NCBI GenBank assembly: GCA_937967535.1 | Contig: CALCMV010000157.1 | Coordinates: forward strand, 1-39,164 | Length of the DNA: 39,164 bases | Reading direction: 5' to 3' | DNA from: an uncultured Saprospiraceae bacterium | Lineage (GTDB): Bacteria > Bacteroidota > Bacteroidia > Chitinophagales > Saprospiraceae | Program-made: the position numbers and the translations under genes | Shown: one piece after another, positions 23,419 to 35,000 of the stretch | How the letters are laid out: every line of letters starts with the position of its first letter | Numbering within the stretch: the stretch's first letter is position 1 | The notes under the pieces: generated by a model | Told to the model about the DNA's origin: nothing | The model's database searches: none | What the model saw: the letters and a program-made list of their open reading frames with translations, nothing else

Positions 23419-26400
23419 TTATTCAAAAATATAACGCACACCGAGCAACATTCTCCAACGCGAGCTAAAATCTGCTACATTAAAAACACTGCCTGTTGGT
23501 GCATTGAAAGTATAAGTAGCGATATTTTCGCCACTACTATTGTCAATACCTTCAAAATCAATCAAACTGAATGCGTCAAAATTCGTAAAGTATTTCGCGC
23601 CCCAATTTTGGTTCAATAAATTACCAACATTAAGAATATCGAGTGATACTTGAATCTTATTCGTTGATTCACTGATTTTCGTGCCTACATTGAGGGCGAG
23701 TTTGAGGTCAAAATTATGCTCAAAAGGAGTGCGCGAACCATTGCGCTCGGCATAGTCGCCTCTGCGCGAATTGAGGTAATCGTCAGCACTGATAAAAGCA
23801 TCCAGACTTGCCCACTGTTCGGCAGCACTAAGGATAATTTCGCCGGTATCACCTGTTACATCAAGCAATTGAATCTGGCTGGCATCGGCGGGGACAAAAA
23901 TCAAATCGCCGAAGCTCGAATCACCATTAGATACCCGCCCGTTGTAGATATAAGAAAACGGACGACCAGAACGACCTTCATAAAATAAAGCAGCCGTAAT
24001 GCCGAAGAAATCGTTGAAATCTTTTTGATAAGAAATCAAACTATTCACACGCGAACCCGCAGAAAAATCAGAACGAGAAACATTAAGATAGTTGCGCCCT
24101 GCCGTATTTTCAACGAATCTCCATTGCGAGGAATTTTGCGAAGAAGTACCGTCATTGACGGCAAAAGCATCGCCCAAAGAATAAGCAATTCCTGCCAAAA
24201 AGCCGTTGTTGAAAGGTCGGTCAAGGCGTATCGTGAAGTTATATCCATACCCTTTATTGGTATTATCACCCAAAATAATCCGCGAATACGTATCGTCAAT
24301 TTCATCAAAGCGGTCAAAAATCGGGCGGTCATCTGCGCCTGACAATCGCTCGGTAGTAGGTCGTAGATTGAGGTTGTAATAGACCACATTATTGAGGGTT
24401 TTGGTATAAACGGCATCAAAACCACCTACAAAACCACCGGGCAGATTTTGGTCATAACCCAAATTGGCGCGGAATACCTGCGGGTATCTGAAATCTTCGC
24501 TAAAGAAATCAATTTGACCGGAAGGAATCGCATCGGCAGCCCCGAAATCAGTTGCCTGCGGCTGTGCATCAATGTCAGGATTGAATACAAAAGTAGAATC
24601 AAATTGATTGAAAAACGTACCACCAATCGTGAGACCGTTGTTGGCAAACGAACCGCCGGGCCATACAAAAGGTACACGACTCGTAAAGATACCCAAACCA
24701 CCGCGTACCACACTTGAATTGTCGCCATTGACATCATAATTAAAGCCCAATCGCGGACTCAACATCAGCGCACCTTGCGGCAATTTTCCGGCTTCTGCAC
24801 CATCCAGTGCATCCAAAATTTCTGTCTCACCCGCATAAGCCTCGCGGATAGCAGGTAGGGTATTGTTGTTGAAATTTTCATCTGCCACAGGCTCATCCAA
24901 AAAGAAGGGAATATCAAGGCGCAAGCCATAAGTCAATTTGAGTCTGTCGCTTACCGCAAAACGGTCTTGGGCATAAAAACCAAGCTGCAAAGCATTGAAA
25001 TTCGCGCCGGCTTCTGAACCATCGCCGCGTAAATCATCCACCAATGAATAGCTGCTTACATATTCAAGCGGAGGCGCACCTCCCGTAAAATCATTAATCG
25101 AACCAAACTCGTATTCACCAAAATTCTGGCGAATAAAGAGGTTGTAAATATTATAAAATTCATTGTGCGTACCTATCGTAATGGTGTGTTTTCCTTTGTA
25201 CAAACTAAAATTATCGGTCAGTGTAAATATGTTTTGTGCCAATTGATTTGCCGTAGAAAAAACCTCGCTTCCGAATCGAAGCTGACCACTGCCATCAAAG
25301 ATAGTGATACGCGGAAAATCCATACCCATCGGGTCGCGGTCGTCAAATACTCTTGTGAAACCGACTATCAAATCATTGGAAGACGAGGAGCCAAAAACGC
25401 TGTTTAGCTCCAAAGCAGAAGAATTGGTCGTACTTGGAAAAAGAATACCACCATTTAAGAAGTTAATCGTGCGATTGTTCGAACTGCTTGGTCCTATCGA
25501 AGTACCTCTTGTATAAGAGTGGCGCAGTTTCAATTTGGTAGAATTGTTTAAATTAAAATCCAAACGTGCCAATATTTTTTCACCTTGCAATTCGCGGGTA
25601 TTATTCAAAAAACCACCCGGGTCGTAGCCGTAAGTATTGCGTAAGAAATCTGCAAGCGCATTGATTTCTGCTTCGCTAGATGCTCCCTCATAATTTGAGA
25701 AGTCAAAAGGTTGTGGCGTTTGGTCGCGTTGCAATTCGGCATTGACGAAGAAAAACACCTTGTTCTTCTTGATTGGTCCGCCAAGTCGGAATCCGTAAGT
25801 ATTTGCAGAAAAATCGTCCACTGAGGTACGCTGTTCTCTTGCTTCGTCGTCGCTTAGTTCTTGATTTGGGTCAAATACAAAACGGTGTGTTTGACCCACC
25901 AAATTTTGATTGCGTGTAAAGTAATATGCCGAACCTTCAAAATTATTGGAGCCACTGCGCGTCACCGCATTGATACCACCACCGGCAAAGCCTCCCAAGC
26001 GCACATCATAAGGCGCAAGCACCACCTGAAACTCCTCTATCGCATCAATACTGATGGGTGCAATACCCGTTTGTCCGCCATTCGTTCCTTGGTCCGACAA
26101 GCCGAATACGTCATTATTCACCGCCCCATCAATAAAAATTGAGTTGTAGCGATTATTGGTACCTGCAATTGAGATACCACCATCTGCCGTTGTAGAGGCT
26201 TCGGGTGTGAGTTTGAGAAAATCGTTGAAGTCGCGATTCACCGTTGGTATTGAGCTAATCGTTTCCTCGCCGATAGTCGTCTCTGCACCAGTTCGTTCAG
26301 AGTTGAGCAAACCTGCTTTTTGGGCTGTCACTGTCACCCCTTCGAGTGCGATTGCGCCATCCGAAAGTTTATTATTCAAACTCAAATCCTGACCGAGTGA

Positions 26401-26703
26401 GAGATAAATCCCTTCCCTGACCACATCTTCAAATCCTACATAAGAAGTGGTAATCGTGTAAGGTCCGCCCACGCGCATCGCAGGCAATGTGTAGCCGCCG
26501 TCTTCACGAGTAATCGCGCCATACTGCGTACCTGATGGCATATGTATCGCAATCACCGTAGCACCGATTAGCGACTCACCATTGGTGTCCATTATCGTTC
26601 CGCTTACGGAAGCCGTTGTGACCCCTTGTGCAAAAATAGCCGTTGATAACACACTCATTATCAATAGCAAAAAGACTGATTTAAATAGTTGTATTTTTTT
26701 CAT
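23419..26703 (-). CDS. TonB-dependent outer-membrane receptor with N-terminal carboxypeptidase-regulatory-like domain (Oar-like)
   Basis: 1094 aa with a signal peptide. The CarbopepD_reg-like N terminus reads VSGTIMDTNGESLIGATVIAIHMPSGTQYGAITREDGGYTL. A plug region and a long G/N/F/Y-rich beta-barrel follow. There is no SusD-like partner. Confidence 0.92.
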   Translation of the reverse strand: MKKIQLFKSVFLLLIMSVLSTAIFAQGVTTASVSGTIMDTNGESLIGATVIAIHMPSGTQYGAITREDGGYTLPAMRVGGPYTITTSYVGFEDVVREGIYLSLGQDLSLNNKLSDGAIALEGVTVTAQKAGLLNSERTGAETTIGEETISSIPTVNRDFNDFLKLTPEASTTADGGISIAGTNNRYNSIFIDGAVNNDVFGLSDQGTNGGQTGIAPISIDAIEEFQVVLAPYDVRLGGFAGGGINAVTRSGSNNFEGSAYYFTRNQNLVGQTHRFVFDPNQELSDDEAREQRTSVDDFSANTYGFRLGGPIKKNKVFFFVNAELQRDQTPQPFDFSNYEGASSEAEINALADFLRNTYGYDPGGFLNNTRELQGEKILARLDFNLNNSTKLKLRHSYTRGTSIGPSSSNNRTINFLNGGILFPSTTNSSALELNSVFGSSSSNDLIVGFTRVFDDRDPMGMDFPRITIFDGSGQLRFGSEVFSTANQLAQNIFTLTDNFSLYKGKHTITIGTHNEFYNIYNLFIRQNFGEYEFGSINDFTGGAPPLEYVSSYSLVDDLRGDGSEAGANFNALQLGFYAQDRFAVSDRLKLTYGLRLDIPFFLDEPVADENFNNNTLPAIREAYAGETEILDALDGAEAGKLPQGALMLSPRLGFNYDVNGDNSSVVRGGLGIFTSRVPFVWPGGSFANNGLTIGGTFFNQFDSTFVFNPDIDAQPQATDFGAADAIPSGQIDFFSEDFRYPQVFRANLGYDQNLPGGFVGGFDAVYTKTLNNVVYYNLNLRPTTERLSGADDRPIFDRFDEIDDTYSRIILGDNTNKGYGYNFTIRLDRPFNNGFLAGIAYSLGDAFAVNDGTSSQNSSQWRFVENTAGRNYLNVSRSDFSAGSRVNSLISYQKDFNDFFGITAALFYEGRSGRPFSYIYNGRVSNGDSSFGDLIFVPADASQIQLLDVTGDTGEIILSAAEQWASLDAFISADDYLNSRRGDYAERNGSRTPFEHNFDLKLALNVGTKISESTNKIQVSLDILNVGNLLNQNWGAKYFTNFDAFSLIDFEGIDNSSGENIATYTFNAPTGSVFNVADFSSRWRMLLGVRYIFE

Positions 26704-26737
26704 ACGTAAAAATGATTTTAGTAAAGAAATTCAAACG

Positions 26738-26745
26738 CAAAATTA
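26738..26745 (-). promoter_or_regulatory. Candidate Bacteroidota -7 promoter box (TAnnTTTG) for the TonB-receptor gene
   Basis: The + strand CAAAATTA reads TAATTTTG on the minus strand, 35 nt upstream of the ATG at 26701-26703. Confidence 0.3.
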
Positions 26746-27033
26746 ATGTGAAATACGAAAAGCAAATATACTATTCGGATTAAAGAATTGTTATTTATCA
26801 GCCTTTTAGTTATTAACAAAAAATTAACATGTCTGTTGCTTATGATGGACTCGAATAAGCCCTTAATACCTGAATCGTGAAGACTTGCACAATTTTGGCA
26901 AAAAATGAGTGAATTTTTCTAAGGAAATAATGCTAAAATGTACTAATGTTTCTGAATTATCGTATTAGCACTGAGGGCAATTACATTAGATAATGGCTTT
27001 ACGCTCGGCTCTTTTGACAGCGATTGTATAAAT

Positions 27034-28071
27034 GTGATAGGAGGCGGCATTACAGGTGTATTCACTGCGAAGATAGCAGATGCCCCCATTCCCGAATTTG
27101 TGTACTACCTCTACGACCACCTCGGCAATACTCGTGTCACATACAGCGTTGAGGTAAAAACACCTACACAGATAGAGCCTACTGTGCTATCTGCCACCGA
27201 CTACTATCCCTATGGAAAAGCCCTACGCACCTACGGCAAAGAACGCTACCAAAGCACCTACCACGAGCGCGATGTGGAGAGTGGTTTTGATTATCGTGGG
27301 GCAAGATTCTACGATAGTGATGTAGCGAGGTTTAATTCGCTTGACCCACACGCCTCGGATTATGCTTCGTGGAGTGATTATAGTTATGTGTTGGGGAATC
27401 CATTAATGCTTATTGATTCTGATGGAAAAGATCCTATAATTCCCAAAATTTACTTGGTAGATTTTGCAGGATTAGATATGGATGTAATAAGTGGCCATGT
27501 CCGTGATATTTTTGCTAAAAATGGATTTGAGGTTACAACAGAAATTATAACACCAGAGCAAGCTCTTGCAATTACACCTTTAGACCAACAAGGGGTCTAC
27601 GGTGTGAGTGTCATCAATACACCTCGTCAAAAAGATGGACCTTATCAATTTTTAGGACATTCAGAAATTAATCATGACTTAATTCTTTTAGCATGGGAAG
27701 ATAATGGCAACATTGGAACTACTACTTATGTGAATTCCAATGAATTTTCCAATGCTGCGTATCGTGAATATACAATGGGATACTTGGCTTCTCATGAAAT
27801 TTTGCATCAAATGTTGGAACAAGCATATCTCTATTATGGATACACGGAAGAAGAAATAAAAACTATGTTTGCCTCAAGTGATTCCGATGGAGAACATTAT
27901 GATAGTGAACCAAATCTGAATAAAGATGGAAGAAATACGAAAATTCCAGAAGGAGCTTCCGATAAGTTAAGACCACAAGAACAAATTTTAAATTCTAATG
28001 ACCATAAATGTCTTCTTCAAAGTTTCTTCTCAGATGTGGGTAGTGATAACTATTTTTTAGGTAGAGACTAA
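27034..28071 (+). CDS. Orphan Rhs/YD-repeat C-terminal fragment carrying a variable toxin tip with an HExxH motif
   Basis: The last YD repeats and core end read YYLYDHLGNTRV, TDYYPYGK, YRGARFYDSDVARFNSLDP...GNPLMLIDSDGKD (to ~27432). An unrelated ~210-aa tip follows, with SHEILHQ (H254-H258, nt 27793-27807). The frame is open only from 26956 and has no ATG before the YD repeats. The track start is a GTG. Confidence 0.8.
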   Translation: MIGGGITGVFTAKIADAPIPEFVYYLYDHLGNTRVTYSVEVKTPTQIEPTVLSATDYYPYGKALRTYGKERYQSTYHERDVESGFDYRGARFYDSDVARFNSLDPHASDYASWSDYSYVLGNPLMLIDSDGKDPIIPKIYLVDFAGLDMDVISGHVRDIFAKNGFEVTTEIITPEQALAITPLDQQGVYGVSVINTPRQKDGPYQFLGHSEINHDLILLAWEDNGNIGTTTYVNSNEFSNAAYREYTMGYLASHEILHQMLEQAYLYYGYTEEEIKTMFASSDSDGEHYDSEPNLNKDGRNTKIPEGASDKLRPQEQILNSNDHKCLLQSFFSDVGSDNYFLGRD

Positions 28072-28120
28072 ACCCAAATAAATCACTAAAACAACATAAC
28101 GCATATTAAATTTTGATAAA

Positions 28121-28636
28121 ATGAAAACAGTAATAATATTGAAAGTGTTAATTTTTTCAATGCTTTTATTTTCATGTACAAATGATAAAACTGAAGCAAA
28201 GTTGAAATCAGAAAATAACTTAAATAGTGTGAGTATTGATTTTATTGGATTTAAAAATAAAGTAGGAACAGACAATGATGAATTTAGTAGTAATCCTTTT
28301 GATATAGAAATTACTAACAATCGTGATGAATCAATCTACTTTATTACTCTTGATTACGATTCAACATATATTGTTCCTGAAAAAATACGTAAATACCGAG
28401 AGAAAAACCTGTTGAGTACATCTACTCCTGAAAATTGGAAATTTGGAGTGGCAGAAGTCCACTCCAAATCACAAAGGAACTTTTCTATGGGTAGTTTCTT
28501 CATAAAAGTCCCCCCAAAAGCAGATGTATTTGAATTTTTAATTTGTTATTTTTTCTCTCCTACCGTTGAAGGCGAGAGGAGATGTCAGACATTAAAATAT
28601 AAGTTAGAGGGAAACCTAATAAAAGAGGTTGATTAG
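28121..28636 (+). CDS. Small lipoprotein, candidate immunity protein for the adjacent Rhs toxin tip
   Basis: 171 aa. MKTVIILKVLIFSMLLFSC is a signal peptide with a lipobox. It starts 50 nt after the toxin stop on the same strand and is very AT-rich. The call rests on position only. Confidence 0.5.
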   Translation: MKTVIILKVLIFSMLLFSCTNDKTEAKLKSENNLNSVSIDFIGFKNKVGTDNDEFSSNPFDIEITNNRDESIYFITLDYDSTYIVPEKIRKYREKNLLSTSTPENWKFGVAEVHSKSQRNFSMGSFFIKVPPKADVFEFLICYFFSPTVEGERRCQTLKYKLEGNLIKEVD

Positions 28637-28745
28637 TGTCTTTTTACATTTAATTGTCCTCCCGGAAAACGCCCCACTCACGCTCCCCTCAATCATCACC
28701 TTCAGCCAGATACCCTAGAAGAGTAAATGGCTGCTATCAAGTAAG

Positions 28746-28794
28746 ATGCCCGATACTTCATGTGCCTACAAGCATAACAAGTGTCGGGCATTTT
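28746..28794 (+). terminator. Terminator candidate after the toxin/immunity pair
   Basis: 12-bp stem ATGCCCGATACT (28746-28757) / AGTGTCGGGCAT (28780-28791) with one G-U pair and a 22-nt loop, followed by TTTT. Confidence 0.45.
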
Positions 28795-29057
28795 CGTAAT
28801 ACATTTAATCCCAAAAAACACATTCTTCATGCTAAAAAAAACGAACAAACAACAAATTCACCCACCCCAAATCAACGAATCAATCAAATTTGTTGCGAAA
28901 TCCCCGAACAAACCTTAACTTGAAGCCTGAAATACACCATTCATCCGCACACCTAAAAGATTTTTTTCTATTTGTATTTAAGTGAATATTGATAATCAGT
29001 TTTTTATGAAGTAAAAAACAACTAATCACCATTCACGCATCACCAATCACCATACAA

Positions 29058-32000
29058 ATGAAGCAGGTTTATACTTTACTATTACTCCTTTTATTTGCCC
29101 TGACAATTGTTTCAAATGCTCATGCACAATGCGATGCAGTCATTCTCACGCCTGACCAAACGGAAGTTTGTGACAACTTCTTCATGGTCTCCGCACAAGA
29201 ACCGGCAGGCAACTTTACCGGACAATGGACAGGTCCGGGCAATACCTCTTTTGCTGATGAAAACAGCCCAAGTACTTTCATCACCAATCTCAATCCCGGA
29301 CCCAATACCGTCGTTTGGTCTATATTCGATGCAAGTGGAACGATATGCAATAGTATGTCCATTACACTCATCAATAATGAAGTCACGACCACGCCTATCA
29401 TCACCACCGACAATAATCAGGAAGTGTGTGATGAAAACAATTTTCAGATTGCCGCCAATACCAACCTCAATCCCGGCGAAGTCGGTTCATGGTCGTCCAA
29501 TATTCCCGGCGTTACGTTTTTACCGAACGTTAATAACCCAAATGCCACTGCAAACAATCTCGCTCCCGGCAATAATGTCATTTTCTGGACGATAAGAAAA
29601 GAAGGTTGCTCTGCCAATCCTGCCTCTATCACCGTCATCAATAATGAGGTGATTACAGAGCCTGAAATAGAGCCTTTTTCCGTACTTATCAGTTGCGAAA
29701 CCGATGGCTTCGACGATATATTTGCCAATCTCACCAATCAACTCATTCCCGGCGAAACGGGTACTTGGACAGGACCTCCTGGGGTTACTTTCTCGCCCAA
29801 TTCCGAGTCACCGACCATTGACGGTTTATTGCCCGGTGCCAATGAACTCACATGGACCATCTCGCGTGGCGGATGCCCTGTCAAAACGACTTCCGTTACC
29901 CTCGTCAACGATATGGTAATGACTGATGCTCAAATACTTACGAGCGCACAAGAAGTTTGTGATGAAAATGATTTTAGCATAGAAGGAAATACACCCGCCA
30001 ATGGCGAAACAGGTACATGGACAGGACCCGCAGGTGTCACCTTCTCCGACCCGAATAGCCCGACCAGCACCGTCAACGGCTTACAACCCGGTGATAATGA
30101 AATTTGCTGGACGATTTCACGCGGCAATTGTCCGCCTACACAAGCCTGCGTCATCATCACCAATAATGAAGTGACGACCACATCTAGCATCTCTACTGCC
30201 GATGGACAAGAAGTTTGTGATGAAAATGGCTTCATGGTTTCTGCCAATGCACCCGCACCCGGCGAAACGGGAACTTGGAGTGGACCCGCCGGAGTGACTT
30301 TCATGCCCAATGCCAATTCGCCTGATGCGACTGTAAATAATTTGCCATCCGGCACCAGTACTTTATGTTGGACGATAACACGCGGCGGATGTGATGATAC
30401 TGCAACGGAATCATGTATTGATGTAACAAATAATGAAGTCAACACTACCGCAGCCATCTCCACACAAAACGGACAAGAAGTTTGTGATGAAAACGGTTTT
30501 ATGGTTTCTGCAAATACACCTGCGAGTGGTGAAACAGGAACTTGGAGTGGACCCGCCGGAGTGACTTTCATGCCCAATGCTAATTCGCCTGATGCTACGG
30601 TAAATAATTTGCCACCCGGCACCAGCACACTGTGTTGGACGATAACACGCGGTGGCTGCGACGATACAGCAACGGAAGCCTGTATAGAAGTCACCAATAA
30701 TGAAGTAACCAGCGTTTCAGCCATTGGCACTGCCAACGGACAGGAAGTATGTAATGAAGATAATTTTGCTGCCGATGCCAATGTACCCGCAGACGGCGAA
30801 ACCGGAACTTGGTCAGGACCTCCGGGTGTTACTTTCAGCCCCAATGCCAATGCACCAAGCGTTGTGGTCAATGGTTTGCCGACAGGCACGAGTACTTTAT
30901 GTTGGACTATCACACGCGGCGGATGCGATGATACGACGAGCGAATCTTGTATTGATGTAATGAATAATGAAGTTCTCACGCAATCCGCAATCGCCACCAC
31001 TTCCGGGCAGGAAACTTGCGACAGCGATACTTTTATGGTAGAAGGCAATGCCCCGCAAGGCAACGAAACCGGAACGTGGACAGGACCTCCGGGTGTTACT
31101 TTTGACCCGAATGAAAATTCTCCAAACGCTACCGTCATTGGTTTGCCGCTTGGTACAAGTACACTCACATGGACGATTTCAAATGGTGGCTGCCCTGCTA
31201 CTTCTGCCGAAATTTCTGTACTCAATAACGAACCCACCCAACCCGAAATATCTACTTCGGGCGGACAAGCAATTTGCGATATTGAGAGTTTTACATTAGA
31301 AGCGAATACCCCGGCAACAGGCGAAACAGGCGTTTGGACAGGTCCGGCGGGCGTGATTTATTTACCAAATATAAATTCACCAACGGTAACAGTCAGCAAT
31401 TTGCCACCGGGAGATAATGATTTTACTTGGACAATTTCGCAAGGCGGATGCAGCCTTTCGGATGTGGTGACGGTCACAACATTTAGTACGCCCGTAGGCA
31501 CGACCACCATTTCTGATGTTACGGTGGTAGATGGTAATGATGGTGAAATCGCTATTTGCATCAACGGCGGTACTTCTCCCTACGATGTCACTTGGATGCC
31601 GAATGAGGGAGACCTTGCCCCCGTTGCCGGTCCTTGCGATGCCAATTTTGAAATAACGGGCTTGACCGAAAATGTATATACCATATTTATAACAGATGCC
31701 AACGGCTGTAATGACACTATTCCGAATGTAGCTGTCAGCGGACCTATTTGCGACAACTTCAATATCGGACTCGTAACAACAGTTGGCGAAACCTGCAACG
31801 ATACACAAGACGGTAGTATCACGATTGAAGTACTTGGCGCACAAGGCGATATTACTTATTCGATTGGCAACGGTATTCCCGATGTCACAACTTCCGACAA
31901 TCCCTTTACATTCACCGATTTACCCGCAGGTTCTTACAATCTTTTTGTACAAGATGAACGCCTTTGTCCCGATTCGTTTATCAGCAATCCCGTTGTCGTA

Positions 32001-35000
32001 ACCGAACCTAATCCATTGACTGTCAGTACATCTGTAACGGATTTGGGTACGATTGGCGGCTCGGATGGTGCGGTTTGTATTACGGTAGAAGGTGGTACTG
32101 CGCCTTATACGATTACCTCCGATTGTGGTACGGTGATGTCGGGGGCAGGTTCGTGTGGAGGCGATTTTCACATACCCAACCTAATGGATGTTACTTGTGA
32201 AATTACGATTGTGGATGCTACGGGTGAATGTACGGTAATGACCTCTGCAACGGTCAGCCCGCCCACTTGCGACCTTAGCATTAATGGCGACCCGATTGTT
32301 TCTCAAGTCAATTGTTTTAATGGAAATGATGGTAGTATCACAGTAAATGCTTCAAGTATGGGCGGCGGTATTCAATATTCGATTGATGGCGGAGATACTT
32401 TTATGTCAGGTGCGAGTCCTTTTACTTTTGATAATTTACCTGCCGGAACGTATAATTTGGTCTTGGGAGATGCGCTGAATTGTATGACTTCTTTTGCGAA
32501 TAATCCAATCGTACTCAATAATCCCCCCGAACTTATTGTCACCACAGATACGATACGTACCACTACGGTAGGTGGCAATGATGGTATCATTGATATTTGT
32601 ATTATGGGCGGTACGCCCAATTTTACGGTTGAATATACGCCCAATACCGGATTCTTGACTTCGGTACAAGGCAACTGCGATGCCAATTTCCAAATTCTCG
32701 GACTCATCGAAGGGCAATACGACATCACCGTAACCGATGCCAATGGTTGTGTATTCAATATTAGCGAGACAGTGGAAGGACCGGATTGTTCTTCATTTAC
32801 GATAGGACAGGTATTGGCAGAAAATGAATCTTGCAATGAAGCGGACGATGGTAGCATTACGATTGAAGTTTTGAGCGCAATTGGTGAAATTACTTATTCG
32901 GTAGGCAATGGTATTGAAGATGTTGTGACGAATACCAATCCGTTTACCTTTGAAAATTTGCCTGAAGGAGAATATATTGTATTTGTGGTAGATGAAGTGG
33001 GTTGTTCCAATTCATTTATCAGTAATCCGGTCATCATTACCGCACCCGAAGCATTATCCTTGAGTGCAGATTTGACGAATGTTTCTGTTTTAGGTGGTTC
33101 GGATGGTGCAATCGAAATTAGCGTGACAGGTGGTACAGGACCTTTTACAGCAATCATCAACGGTGCTTCGCAAATGACAAGTGCAGACGGTAATTTTGTT
33201 TTTTCAAATTTACCCGCAGGAGAATATGAAATCGTGGTAACGGATGCGAATGGTTGCGAAATTAGCACTACACAAACCCTCAACGACCCTTCATGTGTAT
33301 TGGAGGTAACGGATGTAATGACCACTCCCGCCTCATGTGCAGGCTTCGCGGATGGTACGATTACAATTACTTCAACAAGTGATAATCCGCCCATCGAATA
33401 TACTATTGATGGTGTGAATTTTCAAGCATCCAATGTCTTTACCGGTTTGACTGCCGGCGAATATACTATCGGTATCAGCGATGCGGTCAATTGTACGGCG
33501 ACCTTTAGCGGCAATCCCGTTGTGGTCGGCGAACCTGCGGCTTTGAATATATTGCCTACGATTTTGAATGTCTCAGCATTAGGTGCTAACAACGGACGTG
33601 TGATTTTGTGTATCAATGGCGGTTCACCCGATTATACAGTCAGCATTGACCCGCCTGCGGGAACGATTACGGAGACCATGGGTAGCTGCGATGCCGACTT
33701 TGAAATTACCGATTTGCCACCGGGCGAATATGTCGTTACGATAAGCGATGCGAATGGTTGTGAAGTCATAATTGACGCGCCTATCGAAGAGCCGGATTGT
33801 TCCGGTTTTATGGTCACGGATGTTATTCCGATGGATAATAATTGTAATGTCAGCAGCCAATCCAATCCCGACCCCGATGGTACGATTGAAATTTTTGTGA
33901 CAGGAGGCGAACCACCTTATGATTACTCCATTTTCGGCGGTGCCAATTCGATTAATTTTGCAGATACTTCCTTCCTTTTTACAGGTTTGAATGTCGGAAC
34001 ATACACCATTTTGGTGACGGATGCGAGTAACTGTGCGGTGGGTTTTGTAGAAACCGTCGAAATCGGCGAACCTGAATTATTGGTCGCGCCTCCGACCATC
34101 ATCGAACCGAGTGTAGTCGGTGCCAGCGATGGTGAAATTTGTCTGAGTCCTTCCGGTGGTATTCCGCCTTATACGGTGATGGCGAGTTGTGGTACGGTCA
34201 TCGAGGGTCCGGGGCAGCAATGCGGTGGCGATTTCCATATCGCAGGGCTTTCGGCAGGGCAATGCGACATCCTCGTGATAGATGCAAATCTCTGTGAGGC
34301 GAGTGGTACGATTATCTTGGAAGACCCGCCTTGCGACCAATTTGGTATCTCGGCAGTCAGTTCAGAAAATGCTTGTTTTGGTGTGGCAGATGGCGAAATT
34401 ACGATTAATATTATGGGAGGTATACCGCCTTACCAATATTCTACGGATGGTGGTGCCACTACGCAGACCAGCAATGATATGTCCTTTACATTCAGTGGAT
34501 TGGCTCCCGGAACTTACGATATTTTTGTATCGGATATGGTGCTGTGTACCGAAGATTTTGCCGACCAAATTGTGATAGAGGAAATTGCTGAATTTGAGGT
34601 AGATGCAGGTATGGATGCCACCGTCGAAATCGGGGAATCCATTGAACTCAACGCCACTTCGAGCGAAGCGGGCGACTACGAATGGATGCCCGCAGATGAT
34701 TTGGATGACCCCTTCTCTGCCAATCCTACCGCGACTCCTATGGATGTTGGAGATATTACTTACGAAGTCACCCTCACTACACCCGATGGCTGTACAGCTA
34801 GCGACGAGGTGAGAATTACGGTAGAAGACAATAGTACCGTAGTAGTGCCAACGGGTTTTACACCAAATGGAGATGGTAATAATGATACGTTTTTCCCTGA
34901 AATCAATGGGAATGTGGATGTACTTTCATTTACGGTATGGAATCGCTGGGGCGAAAAAGTCTACGACAATCCTGCACCTCCGGGTTGGGATGGCACTTAT

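Noticed and set aside
28654-28923. 89-codon ORF in the spacer before the adhesin gene
   Set aside because: Its P/S/R/T/N-rich low-complexity translation reflects the C-rich strand bias. It has no motif, and a terminator-like hairpin lies inside it.
29930-31237. 435-codon antisense ORF (plus many 60-160-codon ORFs on both strands) inside the adhesin gene
   Set aside because: It lies entirely within the repeat region of a 2015-codon sense ORF that has a signal peptide and a T9SS domain. The antisense frame is open only because the repeated sense codons avoid antisense stops. Its translation is low-complexity (V/S/P/G/T-rich).
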